Shown here: positions 12,586 through 24,062 of the stretch, piece by piece
Position numbering within the stretch: the first letter of the stretch is position 1
Layout of the letters: every line of letters starts with the position of its first letter
DNA from: Octopus vulgaris
Lineage: Eukaryota
Length of the DNA: 64,000 bases
Reading direction: 5' to 3'
Assembly (NCBI GenBank): GCA_951406725.2
Contig: CATOCA020000001.1
Span: 10,912,001 to 10,976,000 of the forward strand
The notes under the pieces: generated by a model
Databases searched by the model: none
Told to the model about the DNA's origin: nothing
What the model saw: the letters and a program-made list of their open reading frames with translations, nothing else
Translations under genes and position numbers: made by a program

Positions 12586-12793
12586 TACATACACTATTAG
12601 ATATGTACGTATATACTCAAGGGTACTACATGAGTACCTATATCACTAATGATAGCGATATAGGTACTCATGTAGTACCCTTGTGTATATACGTACATAT
12701 CTAATATTGTATGTATATATTTTATTAATTTGCCTGAACGGCTGATAATTCGCTTACCACTTGTGATGGTATTTTAATAATGCCATCCCTATA

Positions 12794-12796
<3 letters not shown>
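12576..12796. repeat. Fold-back element 1: 73-bp inverted arms, 4-nt loop, ~71-nt one-sided tail, in (TA)n
   Basis: Arms 12576-12648 and 12653-12725 (3 mismatches by eye); tail 12726-12796; (TA)n on both sides. Confidence 0.92.
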
Positions 12797-12835
<39 letters not shown>

Positions 12836-12840
<5 letters not shown>

Positions 12841-13025
12841 AATTCAAATAAATGGAAAAAATGATTTAAAAAAATATTGTGAGGACATGCATCACAGATG
12901 TATTAGCTTGACACTCTGTGAAAGGAGAGAGTTTGATGTTTCGAGCATAGCTCTTCATCGGAAAAGAGAAAAGGAAAAATCCAAAGATGGAAAAGAAACT
13001 GCCAACAGCATATGTGTAGTTACAT
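12836..13025 (-). mobile_element. Short HHR-motif element, copy 2
   Basis: Minus strand 12931-12964 reads ttt-CCGATGA-A-GAGC-tat-GCTC-GAAA-CA-TC-aaac; homologous to 1891-2100. Confidence 0.6.
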
Positions 13026-13366
13026 TGCTGATATGCATGCAGACTTATACACAGACAGACAAATAAAGAGATAGATATATATAGATAGATAGATCTCTAT
13101 GTGTATATTTCTGCATGAATGTGCATGAGTGGGTGTTTGTTTCCAGGGCCAAAGAGCATTGTGCTTGCCTCCAGTACCAAAAAATACTATCACCAAAGTA
13201 GGCTTAATGTCCTATTAGCTATGCGAAATCACCAGTGTCCAAACAATCACATCCAATCATTTCATTCCAGTCAACCATAGACCTAACACAAATGCTTGCA
13301 ACAGAGAAGATTCCTCTGCCAAGGCACCTAATATTCCAGGTAATCACTGCCATCATCATCATTTAA

Positions 13367-13584
13367 CCCTTTTGATACCAACCCAGCTGAAACCGCCTCT
13401 GGCTCTGTAGTACAAATGTCTTGTTTTCATAAGTTTTCAAAATCTTCTACCAAACCGTAGTCACAATTTATGTTCCTAACACTAACTTAATGATTACTGA
13501 GTTATTTTACTAAATTCTTTGTTACATTTAAAATTAATTGAAAGAAACGCAAAGCACCTCAACAATAATACAGTAACAGAAGGG
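13367..13584. mobile_element. piggyBac-like MITE
   Basis: TTAA on both sides (13363-66, 13585-88); termini CCCTTTTGATAC and GTAACAGAAGGG; interrupts the catcatcatTTAA of a decayed RTE tail. Confidence 0.8.
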
Positions 13585-14520
13585 TTAACATGTTTTTCAT
13601 GCATACTGGCATAGGTTGACCAGTTTGATATGAGCTGGAAAGCTGGAAAACCAGAGGGCTGTATCAGGCTCCAGTCCTTTTTTTTTGGCATGGTTTCTAT
13701 TGTTGGATGCCCTTCCTAACACCAACCACTTTACAGAGCATACTGGATGCGTAGTGGTGGTGATGTGAAATCAAGCGACAGATAAAATTTATCATCCGAG
13801 CTGGCCACAGTAAGATTTAAACTCAGAATGCAAAGAGCCAGGATAATTTCTAGCAGGTATCTGGTCTGGTATTCTTACTGTTCTATTAATCCACAGCTTT
13901 AGACTGGTAACTTCTTTTATCAACCCCCAAAAGAATAAAAAACAATGTTGAATGAGATGGTCTTTGCAAATTTTTGAAGTATGACGGAAAGATGAGAGAG
14001 ACAAAAGAGAAACATCCAAATTGAACTCAGAACATGGACAGATGCAAGAAAAACCTGCATGACGTTTTAGCCAACATCATTGTCATCGACATCATACTTA
14101 TCACCATTATTGTCATTTTCATTGAAGTCATCAACATCATAATTGATGTTGTTGTTATCACCATCATCTTTATAATTCTCATCACAATCATCCTCATCAG
14201 CACAACCACAACCACCACCATTATCATCATCATCATCATCATCACAACCATCATCATCCTCTACATAATCTTCATCATCATTTTTTTTCTCATGTTTTAT
14301 CCATGCTAGTATGGGCTGAGACATTTTTTGGCAGTGCAACTGTATACCCTTTCTAATTCTACCCTTTTTAGTCTTCACAGTTATTTGAAAACTGAGATAC
14401 ACTAGGTACAATGACTATTTACTCATCCCTTGATTCAGTAAAAAAAAAACATAGACACAAACACACAAAAAAATTTGCTAAAACCAAAGTGTAAGGGCAG
14501 GCTCCTTTAAAATCATTTAC

Positions 14521-14724
14521 TTTGTTTGGCATAAGATCTGAAATTTTGGGCGAAGGGCCAGTTGATTAGATCAACCCCAGTACGTAAATGGTACTTAATT
14601 TATCAACCCCGAAAGGATGAAAGGCAAAGTTGACCTCGGCAGAATTTGAACCCAGAATGTAAAGACACGAAATACCACTAAACATTTCGCCTGGCATGCT
14701 AACATTTCTGCCAGCTCACCACCT
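14521..14724 (-). mobile_element. tRNA-derived SINE, family B
   Basis: Minus strand aaggtggtgagctggcagaaatgttagc..ctgggttcaaattctgccgaggtcaactttgcctttcatcctttcggggttgataaattaagtacc; many diverged copies in the window. Confidence 0.8.
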
Positions 14725-15477
14725 TGCTGGATCTTGGACATTAGTTGGTAGAGACAGACAACTTTCAGTAGCTGGAGATGGGACTTGTGCCTCTCTGTTT
14801 CTACATCCAGTGGGAAATGTATTAGAGATCTGCAGGGAATAATTGATGGTTTGCAGGGTTGCTGGGATAGAGTTGGGTCAATTGATCAGTGTAGGGAAGT
14901 CGATACAATCTGAGAAAAATCTGAGTTACAGATTGCTGCTAGCAGGAAATCAGATAGCATTGACTTTAACAACAATAACAGCAATAGCAACACGTACAGT
15001 GAAACAACAACAAAATCAAAAGCATTCATAATATATCCAAACAGGAACAACAGCTGCACGCACAAACACACACACACAAACACACACATGCACATACACA
15101 CATATACACGCATGCACACACACAGATACACAGACACATGAATATCAGTCAGTTGTCCATAAGTTAGAAAAAAAAAGTCACACTAAAAAATTTTATGCAG
15201 TTATACTTTTATGTATTCAAGTAGTATATCCTTGGTTACAGCTATATCTGGTCATATATATCATCATCATCATCATCATCGTATATATAAATATATATAT
15301 GTATATATCAGACAAAAAGAGATAACAAAGCCAAGGCTGTGAGGAGTTTTCAGGACATTTATAAGGAAAGAGATAGAGATATAGTCTTACAGCTGTTTCT
15401 GGGATATTATGGATATGTATGTATGTATGTATGTATGCATGCATCTATCTATCTGTCTGTCTGTCTGCCTGTCTATC

Positions 15478-15556
<79 letters not shown>

Positions 15557-15559
15557 ATA

Positions 15560-15964
15560 GGCGTAGGAGTGGCTGTGTGGTAAGTAGCTTGCTTACCAGC
15601 CACATGATTCCGGGTTCAATCCCACTGTGTGGCACCTTGGGCAAGTGTCTTCTACTATAGCCTCGGGCCGACCAAAGCCTTGTGAGTGGATTTGGTAGAT
15701 GGAAAGTGAAAGAAGACCATCGTATATATCTATATATATATGTGTGTTTGTGTGTCTGTGTTTGTCCCCTCAACATCGTTTGACAACTGATGGTGGTGTG
15801 TTTACATCCCTGTAACTTAGCAGTTCAGCAAAAGAGACAGATGGAATATGTACTAAGCTTACAAAGAATAAGTCCTGGGGTCGATTTGCTCGACTAAAAG
15901 TGGCGCTGCAGCATGGCTACAGTCACATGACTGAAACAAGTAAAAGAATAAAAGAGTAAAAGAG
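15560..15964 (+). mobile_element. SINE family A, full length
   Basis: Homologous to 1459-1880. Confidence 0.9.
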
Positions 15965-15979
15965 TATATATATATATAT

Positions 15980-16283
15980 AACGTGCAAGTGGCTGAGCAC
16001 TCCACAGACACGTGTACCCTTAACGTAGTTCTCGAGGAGATTCAGCGTGACACAGATTGTGACAAGGCTGGCCCTTTGAAATACAGGTACAACAGAAACA
16101 GGAAGTAAGAGTGAGAGAAAGTTGTGGTGAAAGAGTACAGCAGGGTTCACCACCATCCCCTGCCGGAGCCTCGTGGAGCTTTAGGTGTTTTCGCTCAATA
16201 AACACTCACAATGCCCGGTCTGGGAATCGAAACCGCGATCCTCCGACCGCGAGTCCGCTGCCCTAACCACTGGGCCATTGCGC
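15980..16283 (-). mobile_element. SINE family C (3'-truncated)
   Basis: Homologous to 7213-7517; intact A/B boxes on the minus strand. Confidence 0.88.
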
Positions 16284-16627
16284 ATGGCTCAGTGGTGAGA
16301 GCGTCGAGCTTACGATTGTGAGGTTGTGAGCTCGTATTCCGGACCGAGCTGCATGTTGTGTTCTTGAGCAAGGCACTTTATTTCACGTTGCTCCAGTTCA
16401 CTCAGCTGTAGAAATGAGTTGCGACGTCACAGGTACCAAGCTGTATCGACCTTTGTCTTTCCCTTGGATAACACTGGTGGCGTGGAGAGGGGAGGCTGGT
16501 ATGCATGGGCGACTGCTGGCCTTCCATAAACAACCTTGCCCGGACTTGTGTCTAGGAGGGTAACTTTCTAGGTGCAATCCCACGGTCATTCATGACCGAA
16601 GGGGGTCTTTACCCTTCTTTACCCTTA
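16280..16627 (+). mobile_element. SINE family D (CORE-like), full length
   Basis: gcgcatggctcagtggtgagagcg tRNA head, gtgttcttgagcaaggcactttatttcacgttgctccagttcactcagctgt block, (ctttaccctt) tail; homologous to 3875-4193. Confidence 0.85.
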
Positions 16628-16772
16628 TATATATATATATATATCTTTTATTTTTTATCTTTTACTTGTTTCATCCAGTAAACTGGTGCTGTCATGAAAG
16701 ACTCTTTTGTAGTCAAATGATATATATATACACACACATACTCAGATAGATAGACAAATAAACATGTTTGTT

Positions 16773-16806
<34 letters not shown>

Positions 16807-17262
16807 GATATACACACACACAGATGGAGCAGGAGAGAGAGACACAGAGAGAGGGAGAGAGGGTGAAGAAAGAGTGAGAAAGAGAGACAGACAGACAGAT
16901 GGAGAGACATTTATATATAATATGTTTGTGCATGTATGCATGCGTGTGTGCATGTGGCTGTGTGTGTGTGTATGTATGTGTGTGTGCGTGTGAGTGTATC
17001 TTTTATTAACTAAGTGATGATTTGCAACTGTGCAATTTTCTCAAAAATTTTCTGTACTTCTTCAAAATTTGACCTGAAAATATATTTGGATCTATCATCA
17101 TATATTCAGTCTCGCCTTTGAAGAAATGTAATATTCTATTAAATCAATTGAACAGTAGTAAGGCACCACTTAGTTAAAAGAAATACCAACTCTGATTCTC
17201 TAACATACTGAGTACCTTCTTATGTATGTATACATATACAATATATATATATATATATATAT

Positions 17263-17547
17263 ACAATGATAAATCTCAGAGCGAGTAGCGGTAACACATC
17301 GTGACGCATATTTGCCATTTGAATATGGCTAACCCCTAAGGGTGGATGCTACTGTCGTTTGTAGCCCCAGGAAGATATCTCCTCCAGCTGACTATAGACA
17401 CACTATCTGTGTCCTATCTGTGTCCTCTGAGAGGACATAGATAGTGTGTCTATAGCCAGCTGGAGGAGATATCTTCCTGGGGCTACAAACTACAGTAGCA
17501 TCCACCCTTAGGGGTTAGCCATATTCAATTGGGAAATATGCGTCACG

Positions 17548-17549
<2 letters not shown>
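17263..17549. repeat. Fold-back element 2: 118-bp inverted arms, ~35-nt one-sided tail, in (TA)n
   Basis: Arms 17298-17415 and 17432-17549 (about 5 mismatches); 11-bp tandem duplication atctgtgtcct at the apex; tail 17263-17297. Confidence 0.92.
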
Positions 17550-17581
<32 letters not shown>

Positions 17582-17655
17582 ATATGTATGTATGAATATA
17601 TATATATATGTATGAATATATAGTTATATACATATATATGTATTTATCTGTATTT

Positions 17656-19250
17656 CTGTAGAAAAGGTGTAGGTAGAAACTCTATAAGATGCACCAAGTG
17701 TAAGCTATGGACACATAAGTGGTGCAGCAATGTCAAAGGAAGGCTAACTAGGAAAATAGTTTTTGTATGTGGCAGATGCTCAGGAACAATAAACACTGAA
17801 AATGTGCAGAGACCAACTTCCGTCACTTTCCAGTGAGAAAAACTAGAAGTAGTTGATAGTTTCCGTTACCTAGGTGACCAAGTCAGTAGCGGGGGTAGGT
17901 GTGCTGAAAGTGTAACTGCTAGAGTAAGAATAGCTTGGGCAAAGTTCAGAGAGCTCTTACCTCTGCTGGTGACAAAAGGCCTCTCGCTCAGAATAAAAGG
18001 CAGACTGTATGATGCATGTGTACGTACAGCCATGCTACATGGCAGTGAAACATGGGCCATGACTGCTGAGGATATGCGTAAGCTCGCAAGAAATGAAGCC
18101 AGTATGCTCCGATGGATGTGTAATGTCAGTGTTCACACTCGACAGAGTGTAAGTACCTTGAGAGAAAAGTTGGACCTAAGCAGCATCAGTTGTGGTGTGC
18201 AAGAGAGACGTTTGCACTGGTATGGTCATGTGGCAAGAATGGATGAAGATAGTTGTGTGAAAAAGTGCCACACCCTAGCGGTTGAGGGAACCTGTGGAAG
18301 AGGTAGACCCAGGAAAACCTGGGTCGAGATGGTGAAGCACGACCTTCGAACTTTAGGTCTCACCAAGGAAATGACCAGTGACCGAGACCTTTGGAAGTAT
18401 GCTGTGCGTGAGAAAACCCGGCAAGACCAGTGAGAACAGTCAAAATCAAAATCAAACCAAATATCAGAAAGCAGAACCAAATTGAGGTCGATCAACATCA
18501 GGGCCCCCGTGCAGGTGACACGTAAAAGCACCATCCGTTCGTGGCTGTTTGCCAGCCCTGTCTGGCCCCCGTGTCGGTGGCACGTAAAAGCACCATCCGT
18601 TCGTGTTCGTTGCCAGCCTGGCCTGGCCCCCGTGCCGGTGACACGTAAAAGCACCATCCGTTCATGGCCGTTTGCCAGCTCTGTCTGGCCCCCGTGCCGG
18701 TGACACGTAAAAGCACCATCCGTTCGTGGCCGTTTGCCAGCCCTGTCTTGCCCCCGTGTCGGTGGCATGTAAAAGCACCATCCGTTCGTGTCCGTTACCA
18801 GCCTCGCCTGGCCCCCGTGTTGGTGGCACGTAAAAGCACCATCCGTTCGTGTCCGTTGCCAGCCTCGCCTGGCCCCCGTGACGGTGACACGTAAAAGCAC
18901 CATCCGTTTCGTGGCCGTTTGCCAGCTCTGTCTGGCCCCCGTGTTGGTGGCACGTAAAAGCACCATCCGTTCGTGTCCATTGCCAGCCTTGCCTGGCCCC
19001 GTGCCGGTGACACGTAAAAGCACCATCCGTTCATGGCCGTTTGCCAGCTCTGTCTAGCACCTGTGCGGGTGGCACGTAAAAAGCACCCACTACACTCACG
19101 GAGTGGTTGGCGTCAGGAAGGGCATCCAGCCATAGAAACATTGCTAGATCAGACTGGGCCTGATGCAGCCTTCCAGCTTCACAGACACCAGTTGAACCGT
19201 CCAACCCATGCTAGCATGGAAAGCGGACGCTAAATGATGATGATGATGAT
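17656..19250 (+). mobile_element. RTE-clade LINE (PHD-RT family), 5'-truncated, with expanded 3'UTR array
   Basis: Starts inside the PHD finger; ORF 17969-18433 is the RT C-terminus; ends ccaacccatgctagcatggaaagcggacgctaaa(TGA)n. Confidence 0.95.
18502..19088 (+). repeat. 61/62-bp tandem array (9 units plus a partial unit) in the RTE 3'UTR
   Basis: Unit ggcccccgtgccggtg(a/g)cacgtaaaagcaccatccgttcgtg..ttgccagc..ct; two variants in order A B A A B B A B A. Confidence 0.95.
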
Positions 19251-19353
19251 ATATGTATATATATATATATATTTACACACACACATATATATGTATAAAT
19301 ATTAATATACACACTCAATTGCCTGTCTTTCCTGACTAATGGATTCTTAAATG

Positions 19354-19415
<62 letters not shown>

Positions 19416-19574
19416 GGCTATGTCCAGGTCAACTGTTTAAATTGTTACCCAATGATGGTGGATTGTATATTATGATGTAATTTTTTGACTACATTTAATA
19501 AAAGTCTACCAAAACGAAATTTTAAATGTTCTTCATGTTTACTATTTTATATGTGTGTGTGTGTGTGCGTATAT

Positions 19575-19777
19575 AATCATAAAAAAAAACGAAGAAAGAA
19601 AGACAACAAGAAAAAAACAACAATGTGGGGATGTTGTACATGTAAAGTGTTAATACGACACTCAGAGAAGGAAAGAGTGGTTGTTTTACTTTTCGAGTAA
19701 AGCTCTTCTCCTGAAACAGGAGACATAAGAAAATCCACAAGAAAAGGAAGGTGGAAAAAAGTCGCCAACAGTCCACA
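19575..19777 (-). mobile_element. Short HHR-motif element, copy 3 (most diverged)
   Basis: Minus strand 19683-19717 reads gttt-CAGGAGA-A-GAGC-ttt-ACTC-GAAA-AG-TA-aaac; flanks homologous to 1891-2100. Confidence 0.55.
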
Positions 19778-20134
19778 TATATATATATATATAAGAATCC
19801 ATTAAACAAGAAAGAGAGGCACATGTATTGTCAATAGAGTGGGTGTATTAAAATCTGTAGAGGACCATAAAGTCTGGATGCAGAGATGAAAATGACAAAC
19901 TTATACTCAATCTGGAGATGTAAAAAACAAGAATATTAGTGACGTTTCCTAAATATCAAAACTCTATGGTCACACTGTAAAGTATAGTATTATAAACTCA
20001 TTTGAGCTGATACTATAGAACCATGTCAGCCCTTGAAACAAAGGCTGAAATTTTTAAGGTTTACTTCTAACCCTTGTTTGTGAAACCAATGGGTAAAATC
20101 AAATGATATAGATCTATTATATTGCAATGTATAA

Positions 20135-20331
20135 ATATTGGTTTGAAATTTTGGCACAAGGTCAGCAATTTTTGGTAGGGTGTAAGTCAAGTACATTAAC
20201 ACCAGAGCTTGACTGGTACTCATTTCGTTGATCCCAAAAGGATAAAAAACAAAGCCAACCTCAGCAGAATTTGAACTCAAAACATAAATATGAATGAAAT
20301 GCCACTAAACATTCTGCCAGCTTGCCACCTT
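20135..20331 (-). mobile_element. SINE family B, diverged
   Basis: Homologous to 14521-14724. Confidence 0.7.
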
Positions 20332-20509
20332 ATAAGTATTGTATTTATTTTATGAGCATAAATCCACAATTCTGTATGAGTAACATAGAGGTGTGGGTTC
20401 AAGTCCCACATGCACAGAAAACCCTACTTTTTTTCTGCTGAGTGCTTATAAGCCCTAATATTAGACAATTTTCTTTAGTCAATACACAGTGAGTGCTAAT
20501 AAACTTTCA

Positions 20510-21868
20510 GCTTCTAAAAAACGACCCAATAGTGCAATTTGGGAGACTGCAGCAGTCCGACTTGCCAGGAAAGAACGCCGTAAGGCTGAACAGGATTACA
20601 AATTGCACAAATCAGAGATCAACAGGAAAAAGCGCAATAGGTCAGCCAACCACCTCAAGCAGGTGACAAAAAAGGCAGTGCTTGAATTTGAACAATGCAT
20701 TGCAACCAGCCCTGACAGCAAAGTGTTCTGAAAGTATGTGCACTCAAAGCAGAGACCTCACTCTCCAGTTGGTCCCCTTCGCAATTCCCACACAGGACAG
20801 ATTACTGGCAATCCCAAAGAATGTGCAGAAATCATTGCTGGATGCTATGCTGGCATCTTTACTGTCGAAGACCAAAATGCTCCATCTTCATCACCACTAA
20901 CATCGAACTCTATATCTACTTTGAAATTTACACCAGCAATGCTACAACGCTACCTTAAGAATAAACGCAACTATGCCTCTCCTGGTCTCGATGGTGTTAC
21001 ATACCTGCTTCTCAAATGCGGTGGGTACTTTCTTCTAAGCCAGCTTTCTCTATTCTTCCAATTCTGTCTTGACAATGGTGTTACTCCAGAGCAGTGGAAA
21101 ACTGCCAGTCTTATCCCTCTGTTCAAAAAAGGTGACTGCACATCGCCTGTCAACTGTCGCCCCGTTAGTCTTACTAGCTGCATCGCCAAACTGATGGAAT
21201 CCTGTATCAGGGAAACCCTCTGGAACTTCTGGAAGTCTCACAGCCTCATTCAGCCGTCACAATTTGGATTTATTCCTAACTCCAGCTGCTGTAATCAACT
21301 CATCGAGTTTCTTGAGGACGTTACCCAAATCACTGATCGTGGATCCTGGGTGGATGTTGTTTACCTGGACTTTGCTAAGGCTTTTAACTCTATGCCACAC
21401 AAAAGATTTATGGTAAAGCTCTCTGCGTTGGGCATAAGAGACGAACTCTATAACTGGTTGAAGTCCTTTATTTTCGGCCGAAAAGAGGTTGTCACAGTTC
21501 TAGGACAGCACTCTTCACCCTATGAGATAACATCTGGTGTACCACAGGGATCTTTTCTTGGCCCCCTTTTATTTGTTGCATATGTTAATGACATAGATGC
21601 CAACTTAAAGAATGCCACAGTGCTGAAATATACAGATGACATCAAGCTGTACCTCGAAATAAAGAGGTCAGATCCTGTACACTATAGATCTCTATTGCAA
21701 GCAGACCTGGAGACAATGCAGCAGTGGATCATGGGCTGGCAACTCAAGCTGGCTGTGGACAAATATACCACCATGTATTTTGGGAAGAGAAACCCAGCGT
21801 CCACCTATTCCCTCCACAACACTAATCTCAAACGTCTTCGTGTGAACGTGACCTCGGTGTTATTGTCC
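20510..21868 (+). mobile_element. CR1-group LINE RT fragment
   Basis: ORF 20738-21958 contains SPGLDG, WKTASLIPLFKKG..CRPVSLTSC, QFGF, VDVVYLDFAKAF, SGVPQGSFLGPLLF, YTDD. Its last ~30 codons run into an antisense SINE. Confidence 0.9.
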
Positions 21869-21872
21869 TTGG

Positions 21873-21940
21873 GTAGAAGACACTTGCCCAAGGTGCCACG
21901 TAGTGGGACTAAACCTGGAACCATGTGGTTCGTAAGCAAG
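21873..21940 (-). mobile_element. SINE family A head fragment
   Basis: gtagaagacacttgcccaaggtgccacgtagtgggactaaacctggaaccatgtggtt matches the family A reverse complement. Confidence 0.8.
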
Positions 21941-22458
21941 AACACACATTGGGTTTAAAATTTAAATAAGCTGTTTTGATAGAATTTTAATGATGCATTC
22001 AAAGATTGCATCATAAAATATCCACCATCTTCAGGTAAAATATTAAACAGGTATCAAACAGGTGAGATGCTTTGATCTTGATGAATCCAGCCAACACTTT
22101 TGAAGGTGGTAGTTTATATGTTATGATGAAAATCTCTGAATAGATCAATAAAATTCTACCAAAACTGGTGTAGTAAATTTTAAATAAAAGTTGTCTTCTC
22201 TTTATACCTACACCACACCTAGAACTAACCCCTGAGTCAGATCTACAGTTTAAATTGGATTTGATACATACCTACAGTATCCTACCAACAGTTGATACCT
22301 TCATTGTTGTGCGACTTCACTGTGAACCCTATGTACCTCGCCATTTCTAGCATCCAACATGTTGATGTGCCTAAGTTCTATTGAAACATATAACTAATCT
22401 ATCTATCTATCTGCATATATATAATATATATATATGTGTGTGTGTGTATGTGTGCGTA

Positions 22459-23148
22459 TGTAGTGAATCTTGCATGCATGAAGTGGATTCGACCCACCAC
22501 AGCCAAATTTAAATTAGCACTGCTACAGAACTTTTACCACGATGGAACAATGGTTTTTTTCTCTGACAGCAGTTTTTACATTTTCCAGATGCCTTTTAGC
22601 TAGGCCAAAATAATGTCTTCACCACTTGACCCTTTCTAACCTCTTCTACTTCACCAAAAGCTAGAATAGATAACAAGACCACCAACTAAATCTATTGTTC
22701 TCAATGATATATCTATCCTTCTGGATCTTAGTATAAGCAAGCACATCCCAAGCAAAAATTAGTTAGTCACCAGCCGGTGACGACTCAACAAGGTCTGGCT
22801 GACCAACCTTGGTCAGAGGGAAAAATGAAGTTTACTGTCAGACAACACCCAACACTTCACTCTAGCTCTAATACTGTTCTATTACAACATCATTCTATCT
22901 CTCTCTGAAATTGCTACTAACAATTTGTGTACACCAAACCAAGCACAAAATATTCTCCCACATCTAGCTTTTCTTTCGCATGCTTTTGGATTTATCACAA
23001 CTGCCCGTAACGTAACGGTAAATAAAACATTTCCTTAAAACATTATGCATTGTCTAGCCTTCACAACTTAACATCCTACAGTTTACCGTTATAACAACAA
23101 ATCTTTATCAATATTTCTACCGTTACAATTAAAATCGCCGCCATTACA
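22459..23148. mobile_element. Candidate solo LTR (690 bp)
   Basis: Complex non-coding block starting TGTAGTG and ending CATTACA (6/7 inverted match), AATAAA near 23021; no TSD visible. Confidence 0.35.
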
Positions 23149-23157
23149 CACACACAC

Positions 23158-23194
<37 letters not shown>

Positions 23195-23196
<2 letters not shown>

Positions 23197-23737
23197 ATTA
23201 TATAATTAGGGCTTAGTAAAATAAATTACTTTGCCACATACTGAACTTTCTAGAAATAGCAGCCAAAAAGTTTCTTAGCCATTTCCACTACTTTAAGAAA
23301 ATTTCTCTCAGATAATGTTTACTCATAAATAACTCACGAAGGTATGGAGGTAAAAGCAGAAAAATATCACAAGTACAAAGATCATTTGAGAACGTTAACG
23401 TTTCTGAAATGCTGAGTTTATTTGGCTAATCTAGAAACGTTAACGTTCTCAAATGATCTTTGTACTTGTGATATTTTTCTGCTTTTACCTCCATACCTTC
23501 GTGAGTTATTTATGAGTAAACATTATCTGAGAGAAATTTTCTTAAAGTAGTGGAAATGGCTAAGAAACTTTTTGGCTGCTATTTCTAGAAAGTTCAGTAT
23601 GTGGCAAAGTAATTTATTTTACTAAGCCCTAATTATATAATGTAATATTTTGAATTCGCCTTAAATGGTCCTTTTACATACTGAACACTACTTGGTGAAA
23701 TTGATTAATAACTAATTAATTTTACCCTCAATTGTTG

Positions 23738-23743
<6 letters not shown>
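23195..23743. repeat. Fold-back element 3: 211-bp inverted arms, 27-nt loop, ~100-nt one-sided tail, in (TA)n
   Basis: Arms 23195-23405 and 23433-23643, no mismatch found by eye; tail 23644-23743; (TA)n on both sides. Confidence 0.95.
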
Positions 23744-23791
<48 letters not shown>

Positions 23792-23847
23792 ATATAAAAA
23801 ATTAATAAATAAATAAAATATATGCATATATGCATACATATATATAC

Positions 23848-24062
23848 GTACCTACCTCTACATGTATGTATACATGCATATATGGGTACAGGACACCCAA
23901 AAAAACGTCGAACACAATGAGAAACGAAAACATAAACACAAAACCAAGGAAATGGACATGTTTTTAAAACAAAGAAAAAATAGAGTAGAGGACATACAAA
24001 ACAAGGAAAATTCCCCTTCTTCAGTTGCCTTAATTTCATCTACTCCACCTTTCGAAGGTCAA

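Noticed and set aside
18226-19026. 266-aa repetitive minus-strand ORF
   Set aside because: It is the antisense reading of the GC-rich tandem array and RTE end; no domain.
18502-19088. CRISPR-like array with palindromic repeats
   Set aside because: There are no unique spacers (whole units repeat), no cas genes, and the array sits in a eukaryotic LINE 3'UTR.
20738-21958. 406-aa ORF as an intact or domesticated RT gene
   Set aside because: No endonuclease domain, catalytic-region substitutions (YTDD, AFN), an upstream stop, and a C-terminus derived from an antisense SINE.
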